Shown piece by piece: positions 1-8,309 of a stretch of 17,113 nucleotides of DNA. Positions within the stretch are counted from its first letter, which is position 1, and each line of letters opens with the position of its first letter. Under the pieces are notes generated by a model. It was not told the origin of the DNA, made no database searches, and saw nothing but the letters and a program-made list of their open reading frames with translations. This DNA is from Bdellovibrionia bacterium (lineage in GTDB: Bacteria > Bdellovibrionota > UBA1018), in contig JBMSSC010000053.1 in assembly GCA_049424145.1 (NCBI GenBank), positions 1 to 17,113 of the forward strand, written 5' to 3'. The position numbers and the translations under genes are program-made.

Positions 1-1
1 G

Positions 2-1888
2 GTCATTCGAGAGCTTGAAAAACAAGGTGACTTCGTTGCGGCTTCCCAGGAGTATGAGAACGTGGCCTTGCAGATTCAGGAGCAAGACCTCGCGGAGAAG
101 GCCTATGCGAATGCCTTGGCCTCGATCCTAAAATCCAAGTCTCAAGAGGGTGAGGCCCTCACTGAGGCCATGGTTCACCTCGTTGATGTTTGGAAAAAAC
201 GGTATCCCAAAAGCACTGCTGCCGTTGAAGCACTGAAGAGCACAGCGACCCAAGCTTTGATCGAGGGGAAAATTCAAACCAGTGCGGATTTATTTGAAAA
301 GTTGAGCTCCAGTTTCATGAGTCCAGAATCTCTGGAGACAGCAGCTCGTTTGAGGCAAGCCTTAGGCAATGAGGCGAAGGCCCAGCGGCTCTGGCAGCAT
401 TTTCTGGTAGCCTATCCCAATTCCCCTCGACGGTACTCTGTGGCGTTGCTCTTAGCCCAGTCTCAGGAAAAAGAAGGACTCGATGGGGAGGCTGCTCGTT
501 CCTATCGTCAATGCAGTGAAGGCGGAGCGCTGTTTCAAGCAGAGTGTCTGGCGCGATTGGGAGATCTTTACCTAAAGAATCGAAATGCAGATCAGGCCAA
601 AAGCTACTTCAGGCAGGCGGCTTCTTTGGAGTCATTGTCTTCCGGGTCTCGTTCCTCTAAAAAAGGAAAGCCAAGGGCGCAGCGCAACTTGAAGAGGACT
701 TTGAGCCCCGCTCCCCAGGTTTTATCCCCCTTTGTGGGCTATGCTCGTTTTAAGCTGGCTGAACTGATGAAACAAGAAGCCTCATTCATTCCCCTGAAAC
801 ACCCACAAGCTCAAATTCAAAAAGGGATGGCTCAGAGGATTCAGTTTTTTCAAAATTTAAGCTCCTCCTATCACTCCGCAGTGGAGGCTGGGGGAGTCTG
901 GTCCGTTGCAGCTTTGGATGAGCTGGCCTCCTGGGAGTTACGCTTTGCCGATGAGATTGATGCCATTGAGCCTGATTCGTCGATGAAGCCCGCGGTAGCT
1001 GAAAAATTTAAAAAGAACCTCAAGACCATCAGTGGGCCGTTAAGGGACAAGGCAAAAACAGCTTGGCTTGAGGCTTATCAAAAAGCCGTGGACTTAGATC
1101 TTCTCAGTCCGGCTTTGCCTCAGGTAGTGGATCACTTGGCGGATCTCGGTGTTTCTTATCCTGGACGTGCTCAAGGAGCTCGTCATCAGCCCCTTCTGGC
1201 CGGAAAGTGGGCCTCTGCCGAGCAAGATCAATCCCGTGAGTCTTCTCAGGCCTCGGTTTCTGAACGCTTGGTGAAGAATGCCAAGGATGCCTCTGCATGG
1301 GTCGATTACGGAAACTGGATGATGCAGGAGCAAAAACCTCTTCTTGCGCAGATGTTCTATGAGCGAGCGGTGGCATTAGATCCTCGCCATCCAGGAGCAT
1401 TAAATAACCTCGGTGTGGTTCAGCTTGAGCTTCAGTCACCTGAGGATTGGATCGCAGCTGGCCAAGCGGTTCAGTTTTTTCAGAGGGCACTCAAAGCGGA
1501 TGATTTTTTTATTCCAGCTAAGATGAACCTGGGTTTTCTGATGAACTACTATCGACTTTTTCCTCAAGCTAAAACCTTGTGGGAGCAGGTACAGATGAAG
1601 CGATCGGATGGATCGGTGTTAGAGGCTTTGGCAGTGGCCTATCAGGGTGTTGGAAAGACCAAAGAAGCCAAACACTTTTTAGAAAAAGCCTCTGAAAAAT
1701 CATCGACAGCCCCTGGTTTTTCTTCAGATTATTTGAAGGCAGTATGGAGTTACTCTCAGGGAAATCAGGATGCCTCTTCGTGTGAGGCGATCCTTTCGGA
1801 GTGGTCGCAAAAAGAGCTCAAGGGCTTTGAAAAGTCATCAGTTGAATCGCTCAGACAAAAGTGTGAGCTGGGAAAGAACGAGAGATGA
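2..1888 (+). CDS. TPR-repeat protein of a Glt gliding-type complex, GltD(AgmU)-like with a GltE(AglT)-like TPR C-terminus; 5'-truncated by the window edge
   Basis: The frame is open from position 2 (VIRELEKQGDFVAASQEYENVALQ...), so the GTG at 62 is internal. It carries multiple TPR-like helical pairs. The segment ARFKLAE...WSVAALDELA...FADEI...PLRDKAKTAWLEAYQKA resembles the GltD C-terminus and is followed by TPRs (ALNNLGVV, AKMNLGFL, LAVAYQGVG). It lies directly upstream of gltF-gltG. Confidence 0.8.
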   Translation, partial: VIRELEKQGDFVAASQEYENVALQIQEQDLAEKAYANALASILKSKSQEGEALTEAMVHLVDVWKKRYPKSTAAVEALKSTATQALIEGKIQTSADLFEKLSSSFMSPESLETAARLRQALGNEAKAQRLWQHFLVAYPNSPRRYSVALLLAQSQEKEGLDGEAARSYRQCSEGGALFQAECLARLGDLYLKNRNADQAKSYFRQAASLESLSSGSRSSKKGKPRAQRNLKRTLSPAPQVLSPFVGYARFKLAELMKQEASFIPLKHPQAQIQKGMAQRIQFFQNLSSSYHSAVEAGGVWSVAALDELASWELRFADEIDAIEPDSSMKPAVAEKFKKNLKTISGPLRDKAKTAWLEAYQKAVDLDLLSPALPQVVDHLADLGVSYPGRAQGARHQPLLAGKWASAEQDQSRESSQASVSERLVKNAKDASAWVDYGNWMMQEQKPLLAQMFYERAVALDPRHPGALNNLGVVQLELQSPEDWIAAGQAVQFFQRALKADDFFIPAKMNLGFLMNYYRLFPQAKTLWEQVQMKRSDGSVLEALAVAYQGVGKTKEAKHFLEKASEKSSTAPGFSSDYLKAVWSYSQGNQDASSCEAILSEWSQKELKGFEKSSVESLRQKCELGKNER

Positions 1889-2163
1889 TCAATAGAACAC
1901 TGGGTTGGATTTTTTGTTTGCTCTGGATTGCTCCATTTTTTGGGCTGGGATCCAGTTACGCTCAGGAGAGTAAAAAAGAGCCTCGTGTCATTTATCCTAA
2001 AAAAACAGAGATCGATTTTGATGGGATGTCCATTGAGGGAGAGCTAAGAAAACCCGGAGAATTCTATTTTCAGCATAAGCCTGAGGAGAAAATGGACTCT
2101 TTGGTCAAACGGAGAAAAAATTTTCATCGCGAAATGCTACGAGACGCGATGTTGAGTCAATAA
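1885..2163 (+). CDS. gltF: GltF/CglF-family small exported gliding-motility protein
   Basis: Signal peptide ending SSYA|QE. The motif VIYPKKTEIDFDGMSIEGELRKP...SLVKRRKNF matches the CglF/GltF pattern (T.idF....IeGel.kP...Li..R.nF). ATGA overlap with the upstream TPR gene, and in the canonical position before gltG. Confidence 0.85.
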   Translation: MINRTLGWIFCLLWIAPFFGLGSSYAQESKKEPRVIYPKKTEIDFDGMSIEGELRKPGEFYFQHKPEEKMDSLVKRRKNFHREMLRDAMLSQ

Positions 2164-2175
2164 GAGGGAGTAACT

Positions 2176-4299
2176 ATGGAAACTGACCCACGGGATTCGG
2201 CTCAGACGTCTGGGAAAAAAAAGTTATCTGAAAAAGAGCGTGCGGAAAAGTGGGCTTATCCAGAAGCGCTGAAGTTACCTCAAGTCGTGGTTTTACAAAC
2301 CCTTCAAGGCACGCAAGGGTCATTAGGAAAAACTTTCAAGATCAACAAGGCACGAGTTGTGATCGGGAGTGTGGTTTCTGCCGATGTGCGTCTGATGGGC
2401 GATGGGGTAGCTCCGCTTCATGCCATCCTGGAGGTCACAGAAGACGAGCAGAGTGGAGAGTTTTTCGCCACGGTTTTTGACCTTGCCAGCGATACGGGCG
2501 TTTTTGTGAATGATCAAAAAGTCATTACTCAGCGACTCAAAAAAGAGGATGTCTTAGTTATTGGTCGCCATCAACTGAAGTACCGTTTAGATGACTTAAG
2601 CGCCCATCAAAAAGAGCGCACTCGGGAGATCGAAGGAAGAACCCTATTTTTAAATCCCAAGGAGGAGTTGGCTCCGCTCCTTCTTTTAGATCAACGAGAT
2701 GTGGAGGAGATCTTCGATTACAGGCCCACCAGCAAGCAAGCTCTCGAGGGAGTGATGTCCTGGTCCGGTGCGATTCTTGCGGTGGAACACTTTGTGAATC
2801 GTAAGAAAATTACCCTAGGTTCTTTGAGGACCAGTGATTTTGGGATTCCTTCGTTTTTAGGTCAGACCTCCTTCGATCTGATTACTGAGCAGGCAGGGAG
2901 TCAAGTGCTTCATTTGGATTCTCAAATGAAAGGAGTGATCCAAAAATCAGGAGCCCTTCAGTCCATTGAACAAGTGTATCAGAGTGGGCTTCGTGAAATT
3001 CCCCTAGGAAAAAATGATTTTGTTAAGGTTTCCCTTCACGAAATCGATTTCTACTTCAGTTTCACCGCGGCTCCTCCCCGTCTAAAAAGGCGAAAGATCT
3101 TTGAGCGCGATGCTTTCTTTTCTCGAATCTTTTCGATCTCAGCATTAATGACTGCTTTGATCCTCTATACGCTCACTCAAGTTCGAGTCAAGCAAACGAT
3201 TGAGGTCGAGCAGGTCCCTGAGCGCATTGCTACGATTCTGTATCAGCCTGAGAAGTTCATGAGGCCTCAGGTGAAACCGGCACCCAAACCAACGCCCACT
3301 CCTACGCCTACGCCCACTAAAAAGGCAGTGGAGCCTCAAAAGCAGCCCAAGCCAAAGCCCACAGTACAGGTGATTGTGAAGCATAATGCAGCTGCGGAAA
3401 AAAAGCCGATCCATCAGGTGATGGATGTGGGGCCGGAAGCTCAAAAGCCAAAGCCCAGTCCAAAAGTGAAACCCGTTTCGGCTCAGGCCACTCAGGCTCA
3501 GTCTCCTCGTGAGAACGCAAAGTCTGGAGAGGGGGCTAAAGCCAAGGGAGCCTCGGGATCTCGAGGAGACTCAAAGCTGCAAGCATCGGGTGATCCACGT
3601 AAAAAAATGAGTCGGCCCTCATCTCGATCGGGTGATTCCGGGGCGTCAGGCTCAAGTCAGGTAGTGGATGAAGCCAATGTGGATTTCCTAAAAGGAGCCG
3701 GAGGCCAGTTGCAGAATATTCTGGGCAACAGTGCGGCTCAGATGGGTAAGGGCGGCAAAGTGATCCAGGGGTTTGCCCACTCCAGTAGCGGGGGTACGGA
3801 TGGGCTTGCCATCTCAGGCTCAGCAAAAGGAGGAGGAGGCGATGCCGATGCGGTGCTAGGGGGGTTAGGCAAGAGGGGTTCCGGCATGGGTCGAGTGGGA
3901 ACCGGAAAAGGAGCCGCAGGGACAGGAACAGGAACGCTTGGGACAACTGCCCGGGTTTCTATTGAGGATGTAGAAGTGGATGAGACTGTCGTCATGGGAT
4001 CGGTGGATCGAGATGCAATTGATGCTGCAATTCAAGCTCATCGTGATGAGTTTAGACTTTGTTATGAGCGTGAAATCAACGCCGAACACCCCACCCTCTC
4101 GGGGCGGGTCATTGTGAAGATGGAGCTTGGAGCCAGCGGTCGAATCACGCACGCAGGCATCGAGAAGTCCTCAATTCAAAACATCAACTGCGAGCGTTGT
4201 ATTATTCAGGTCTTAAAGAGAATTGATTTCCCAAAACCTAGAGGGGGTGGAGTGGTGAACTTTACTTATCCCTTTAATTTGAATGAGGTTGCTCACTAA
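2176..4299 (+). CDS. gltG: GltG/PglI-like protein: N-terminal FHA domain, one TM helix, Pro/Lys-rich and Gly-rich linker, C-terminal TonB_C-like (AgmX/PglI C-terminal) domain
   Basis: FHA-like fold (VVIG...LHAIL...FDLAS..GVFVN). TM segment IFSISALMTALILYTL. KPAPKPTPTPTPTP linker and Gly-rich stretch. C-terminal IQAHRDEFRLCYEREI...GRVIVKMEL...CII..LKRIDFPKPRGGGVVNFTYPF. SD-like GAGGGAG before the ATG. Confidence 0.88.
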   Translation: METDPRDSAQTSGKKKLSEKERAEKWAYPEALKLPQVVVLQTLQGTQGSLGKTFKINKARVVIGSVVSADVRLMGDGVAPLHAILEVTEDEQSGEFFATVFDLASDTGVFVNDQKVITQRLKKEDVLVIGRHQLKYRLDDLSAHQKERTREIEGRTLFLNPKEELAPLLLLDQRDVEEIFDYRPTSKQALEGVMSWSGAILAVEHFVNRKKITLGSLRTSDFGIPSFLGQTSFDLITEQAGSQVLHLDSQMKGVIQKSGALQSIEQVYQSGLREIPLGKNDFVKVSLHEIDFYFSFTAAPPRLKRRKIFERDAFFSRIFSISALMTALILYTLTQVRVKQTIEVEQVPERIATILYQPEKFMRPQVKPAPKPTPTPTPTPTKKAVEPQKQPKPKPTVQVIVKHNAAAEKKPIHQVMDVGPEAQKPKPSPKVKPVSAQATQAQSPRENAKSGEGAKAKGASGSRGDSKLQASGDPRKKMSRPSSRSGDSGASGSSQVVDEANVDFLKGAGGQLQNILGNSAAQMGKGGKVIQGFAHSSSGGTDGLAISGSAKGGGGDADAVLGGLGKRGSGMGRVGTGKGAAGTGTGTLGTTARVSIEDVEVDETVVMGSVDRDAIDAAIQAHRDEFRLCYEREINAEHPTLSGRVIVKMELGASGRITHAGIEKSSIQNINCERCIIQVLKRIDFPKPRGGGVVNFTYPFNLNEVAH
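3274..3360 (+). repeat. Pro/Thr/Lys-rich low-complexity coding repeat (KPAPKPTPTPTPTPTKK...QPKPKP) within gltG
   Basis: Codon repeats cca-acg-ccc-act-cct-acg-cct-acg-ccc-act. This is a TonB-like periplasm-spanning linker. Confidence 0.75.
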
Positions 4300-4337
4300 T
4301 TCAAGTTCGCGTTAAAAATTTGATCCCCAGAGTTGAA

Positions 4338-4356
4338 CTTAGGTTCATCTTAGGTT
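4338..4356 (+). promoter_or_regulatory. Tandem direct repeat CTTAGGTT-cat-CTTAGGTT (11-bp period), candidate OmpR/PhoB-family response-regulator box
   Basis: An exact 8-bp repeat at 4338-4345 and 4349-4356, in the intergenic region upstream of the orphan gene. One-helical-turn spacing is typical of winged-helix response regulators. Confidence 0.45.
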
Positions 4357-4453
4357 AACACGGTCAGTGTGTGACTGTTTCCAGTCTTCGATCAACCAAC
4401 GATGGGGGTCCTCAACTATTACCAATGACCACTTTTTAGGATGGCGTCGCATC

Positions 4454-6538
4454 GTGGGTCTGCGGTTGATTTTTCTCCGTCTGACAGGGATGCTTTTGTG
4501 CTTCTTCGCTCTAAACGGTGTTCTTTATGGGATGCCGCCTCAGGGTGAATCAATGACCTTCGTGGCGCTGAGAAATGCTTTACTAGAAGAAGATAATCTT
4601 CCCCTTCGCCAGGTGGCTGCTCAGAGTTTAATGCATTACCGAGGGGAGCAAGCCACCACTCTCATTGGGATTGCGCTGGATGACCCGGATGAATCCGTGG
4701 TTCAATTAGCCATTGAGGCCTACTTGAATTATCCAGGTCCAGATCGCTTCGAGCTGGAGGAGATCGTGAGATCCCATCCCAGTGAGATGATTCAAGCCCT
4801 GGCTCCTACTCTCAGTCCCTCTCCTCGCAGGCGAGGTCGGACTCTCCCACAGTCGCCTTTTTCTCGCAGCCCTTCGATTCACATTCATTTAGCTCATGAT
4901 TCTTCTTCGAGCGCAAGTACCCCTTCTTCGCGTGATCTTGTCAGTCCTCTTCGCATTCTCATGGAGTTTCCTGAGTTAGCGCGCTCCTTTGGTTACCCCG
5001 ACTTGCCGATGCTGCTTGAGAATCAAGGGGTTTCAAGTGCAAGCTCTCATCCGCCTTCGCTGACGGCCTTAGCTGAGTTGGATGAGGTTCAAGAACTTTT
5101 AGGATCGAGTTGGGAGGGATTTGAAGACTTTCGAGATGTTATGCTTGGTCTTCTGGTTTCTGATTTCTTCAACCCAGGGGCTTCCAACAAAGAGTTTCCA
5201 AAAATCACTCTCGATCCCACGGTCCTCAGGAGAAAGCGATCCAACGTGGCTGGGTTAGATTTTCCAGTGCCCCCGGTGCCTGAGCTTCTGATTTTGAAGA
5301 AAACTGCGCTCAGCCGGCTTGAAGATCGTCTGGCTCAGCGCTACGTCGTTTCAGGGATCTTTGATTTAGCCGAAGACTATCATGCTGCACAAGAAGTCCT
5401 GGATTTAGTGAAGTCAGCTCCCGTGGGAGAGCCCGGTCAATATCGAGTAAATTGGGATTATCTCGCCATGGATCCCTACTTATCCTTTCATGAAGTGGAT
5501 ATTCATCAGGCTTATCCTGAGAACATTTCGGATCGTGAATGGGCCCAGATGGAATCCCACCTCAAATCCGCTGCTCAGGTCGAGGCAGTGACAGAGGACT
5601 TGGATCGTGTCTTTTCTATCCTTGAGTTTCGAGTTCTTGAAACTCAAGCAGCGTTTGAAACAAAGCTGATCCAACGAAAACGCATGAAGCGTCTCTATGA
5701 TGAAAGGCTTAAGCGAGCAGAAAAAGGTGAAGTGGGACGGTTTGCTCAGACGCCTCTGGGGGATTTGGCCATTGAGCTGGCTCAGAACCGGGATCGATGC
5801 ATGGATGGCCTCTCTGATGCAATGACGGCCATTGAGCGCAATCTGAGTGCTGAGAAAATCGGGGATTTCAAGGGGAATCCAAATCGTGCAGGGGTTTTTA
5901 TTAGTCAGGTCTTGACTGATTATAAGATGGATTTTATCGAAAAATTATCCCAACTCAAACCGGAAAGCTCAGAGTTTCAGACCACAGTTCGGCAGATCTT
6001 AAGGCAACGGATGCTCTACGCCTTGGGCCTTCGCGGGGCTGAGATGCAAATTGATTATCCTGATTTTGGAAATCCCTACGAGAAGGCTCTTCAGCCTGCT
6101 AGTGTCATGGCTCTATTCTTAGCCGGTGGGGAGGTTCACTTAGAGAGTTTGGATTCCTCTCTGCCTACGATTCAGTTTGAACCCTATACGGTTGAAAAAA
6201 TCCTTCAGCTGCTGCAGGCATCTCGGGAGCGAGCGCTGGTGAGGGCGAGAAAAACAGGAGGAATTGCCAGCTCGGGATTATCCCAGGACCTACAGTCCTA
6301 TGGACGCGCACTCTCGCATGCCGAGCTCACGGAGATGGCCTTGGGTGATGAGTTTTTGGCTGCAAGGTATCGGAGTTGGATTGAAGTCAGTGGGGGAGCT
6401 GCGCATGACTTGTTTTTTATCCCACCGCGTGAAGGAGAAGATCCAGCTGCCTTCAGGCTCACTGATCAGTTTTGGCTCTACCAATTAGAAAAAACAGGTT
6501 TCATCGTGCGGACGATGGACTCCCACACAGGGAATTGA
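4454..6538 (+). CDS. Putative secreted protein with N-terminal HEAT-like repeats, a Ser/Pro-rich linker and a C-terminal helical domain containing a lone C-x-D motif (NEL/DUF1548-like)
   Basis: Long ORF (4367-6538). The GTG at 4454 is preferred as start because AGGATGG lies 9 nt upstream and it yields a signal peptide (MGLRLIFLRLTGMLLCFFALNGVLYG|M). HEAT-like LRQVAAQSL...ALDDPDESVVQLAIEA. The start position and the domain calls are inferred. Confidence 0.7.
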   Translation: MGLRLIFLRLTGMLLCFFALNGVLYGMPPQGESMTFVALRNALLEEDNLPLRQVAAQSLMHYRGEQATTLIGIALDDPDESVVQLAIEAYLNYPGPDRFELEEIVRSHPSEMIQALAPTLSPSPRRRGRTLPQSPFSRSPSIHIHLAHDSSSSASTPSSRDLVSPLRILMEFPELARSFGYPDLPMLLENQGVSSASSHPPSLTALAELDEVQELLGSSWEGFEDFRDVMLGLLVSDFFNPGASNKEFPKITLDPTVLRRKRSNVAGLDFPVPPVPELLILKKTALSRLEDRLAQRYVVSGIFDLAEDYHAAQEVLDLVKSAPVGEPGQYRVNWDYLAMDPYLSFHEVDIHQAYPENISDREWAQMESHLKSAAQVEAVTEDLDRVFSILEFRVLETQAAFETKLIQRKRMKRLYDERLKRAEKGEVGRFAQTPLGDLAIELAQNRDRCMDGLSDAMTAIERNLSAEKIGDFKGNPNRAGVFISQVLTDYKMDFIEKLSQLKPESSEFQTTVRQILRQRMLYALGLRGAEMQIDYPDFGNPYEKALQPASVMALFLAGGEVHLESLDSSLPTIQFEPYTVEKILQLLQASRERALVRARKTGGIASSGLSQDLQSYGRALSHAELTEMALGDEFLAARYRSWIEVSGGAAHDLFFIPPREGEDPAAFRLTDQFWLYQLEKTGFIVRTMDSHTGN

Positions 6539-8309
6539 AGTAGGTTTGATAAGAGGGATCGGAGATGAGAATGCTCTGTAAGGAAATTCCTCCTTCTTGT
6601 TGACCCAAGATTCCTGAACAAAGGAGTGATTTCGGGCCCACACAGGATTTGATCCACTGCTGGTGGAGGCGGATGTGTGAGGGGTCTCCTACGCTGAGAC
6701 AAGCTAGGGTGGGATCTAAGGTCTGACAGAGGTCTAAAAGAGCGCTGAGCGCTCGACTGCGAACGGAGCGAGAGTGAGGGTTTGAAACGAAAAACGAGGG
6801 AAGGACTCGAGAGATTTTTAGGATCTTCAGGTGATCCTGGAAAAGGTTCTTAAAGCTTCGAAATGCCAGGGTCTTTCCAAGTCGATCCGTGAGTTTTAAA
6901 AAGTGAAGTCGAGCTTGGTTGCCTTGAATGGGATCTTTGAAATGATCCAAGGTGGTTTTAAGCCGGTTAAAAAACTGGAGGGACTCATAGGTGCGTGCGA
7001 TTTCTCCAAGCTGAGAGCGGGACCGTCGGATTTGATCATAGTAGTTGGAGATGGCTAGAATATGAAAATAGAGGTCCTCCACTTTGATCTGAAACTCAGA
7101 AGGGTGAGATGCGTGCCATTGAAATGCTTGAAGTTCGCGGCTCGTTTTAATTAAGTAGGCAACCGAGAGTCGAATCGGATAAGGATGCTCGTCTTCGTTT
7201 TTTAGCTCTTCTGGAATAAAAATAGAGGTCAATTGCCTGAGCATTTTAAAGGATTCCAAGGCCATGGGATGTCCAGCGGTATCAGAGAAAAGCTCAGTGT
7301 TCATTTGAACTAAAATACTTTTAAATTGGTTATAGATTTCATAAAGCGTCAGTGTGTCTGAATAAAGATCAGGGAAATTCTTTTTAAACTCATCCAAAGA
7401 TTCTAGAGTGGTCGCTGCTGGACCACTTTTAAATGTTAAATCTAGTCCTCCGATGGTTTGCTCCTCAGGCCGAGCAAAAAGAGAGCAGGACGTTTTTTGC
7501 ATCTCGCGATACAGACAGAGAAAACTACTTTTTTCAATTTTTGAATCGTAATCCTGAAAGATCTTCAGTGCACGATCCACTTCGCTTTGAAAAATCGGAA
7601 CACTCCCAATGAATTGTCCTCCCAAAGCAATGAGCATTCCCTGCCAGCCTCCCCAGAACAGACCTCCTAAGGTGATAATCTGGCCCGTGAGACGTTGAAT
7701 CACAATGCGATCATCAATGGAGTTCACGCAGTCGGCTTCAATGAGATCCGCTACGGTCATGAGGATGGATTGTGTGGCAATAGCCCGCTGGGTTTCAGCA
7801 TTGATTACACTTTGGGGATAGGGCAATTGAGAGGCAATATTAGCCATCGTGATGAATTGGTTCTGAGCAGGGTCGGTCAGTTGAGCTTGGCTTGCTTTGA
7901 GGTGGTTTACGTAAGACGTGCACCGGGACCCTTGAGTCGATTTGAGTTTAGAGACCGAGGCTCGTACTTTTTGCGTGAGCTGGTTGACGAGATCCGTAAT
8001 ATCGGAGGAAAGACGATCTAAAGGGCAGCGATCCAGGGGATCTGCGTTGGCGAGGTTAGCTAGGATCGGGAAGGCTTCTCCTTTTTCATTGAAGCGAATG
8101 TTGGATCGAATTTCAGGTTGAATTCGAAACCCTTCGGTCTCTGCCAGCTCCAAAAAACGATGGAGATTGGGGGGAGAGTCAGTTTTGGAACCCTGTTGAA
8201 AGGAGGGCTGAGAGGGGCCTAATCCATAGGCCCAGTTGGGCTGGAGGAGGCAAATCAGCAGGGATTGCAAAATCAGGTTGATTGCTAAACACGCTTGTGT
8301 GAGTCCCAT
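6501..8309 (-). CDS. Putative secreted Cys-containing alpha-helical hypothetical protein (about 602 aa) with a central Gly-rich hydrophobic segment
   Basis: ORF 6501-8375. The ATG at 8309 is preceded by GAGGAAGGATC, avoids overlapping polA and gives a signal peptide (MGLTQACLAINLILQSLLICLLQPNWAYG|L). The mature chain has 10 Cys. No family recognised. Confidence 0.7.
   Translation of the reverse strand: MGLTQACLAINLILQSLLICLLQPNWAYGLGPSQPSFQQGSKTDSPPNLHRFLELAETEGFRIQPEIRSNIRFNEKGEAFPILANLANADPLDRCPLDRLSSDITDLVNQLTQKVRASVSKLKSTQGSRCTSYVNHLKASQAQLTDPAQNQFITMANIASQLPYPQSVINAETQRAIATQSILMTVADLIEADCVNSIDDRIVIQRLTGQIITLGGLFWGGWQGMLIALGGQFIGSVPIFQSEVDRALKIFQDYDSKIEKSSFLCLYREMQKTSCSLFARPEEQTIGGLDLTFKSGPAATTLESLDEFKKNFPDLYSDTLTLYEIYNQFKSILVQMNTELFSDTAGHPMALESFKMLRQLTSIFIPEELKNEDEHPYPIRLSVAYLIKTSRELQAFQWHASHPSEFQIKVEDLYFHILAISNYYDQIRRSRSQLGEIARTYESLQFFNRLKTTLDHFKDPIQGNQARLHFLKLTDRLGKTLAFRSFKNLFQDHLKILKISRVLPSFFVSNPHSRSVRSRALSALLDLCQTLDPTLACLSVGDPSHIRLHQQWIKSCVGPKSLLCSGILGQQEGGISLQSILISDPSYQTYFNSLCGSPSSAR

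Noticed and set aside
62..64. GTG start of the first ORF as given in the ORF track
   Set aside because: The frame is open back to position 2 and there is no signal peptide, so the gene starts outside the window.
4367..4453. N-terminal extension of the orphan ORF from the GTG at 4367
   Set aside because: There is no SD, it sits right against the putative operator, and it would bury the signal peptide. 4454 (or the ATG at 4490) is more plausible.
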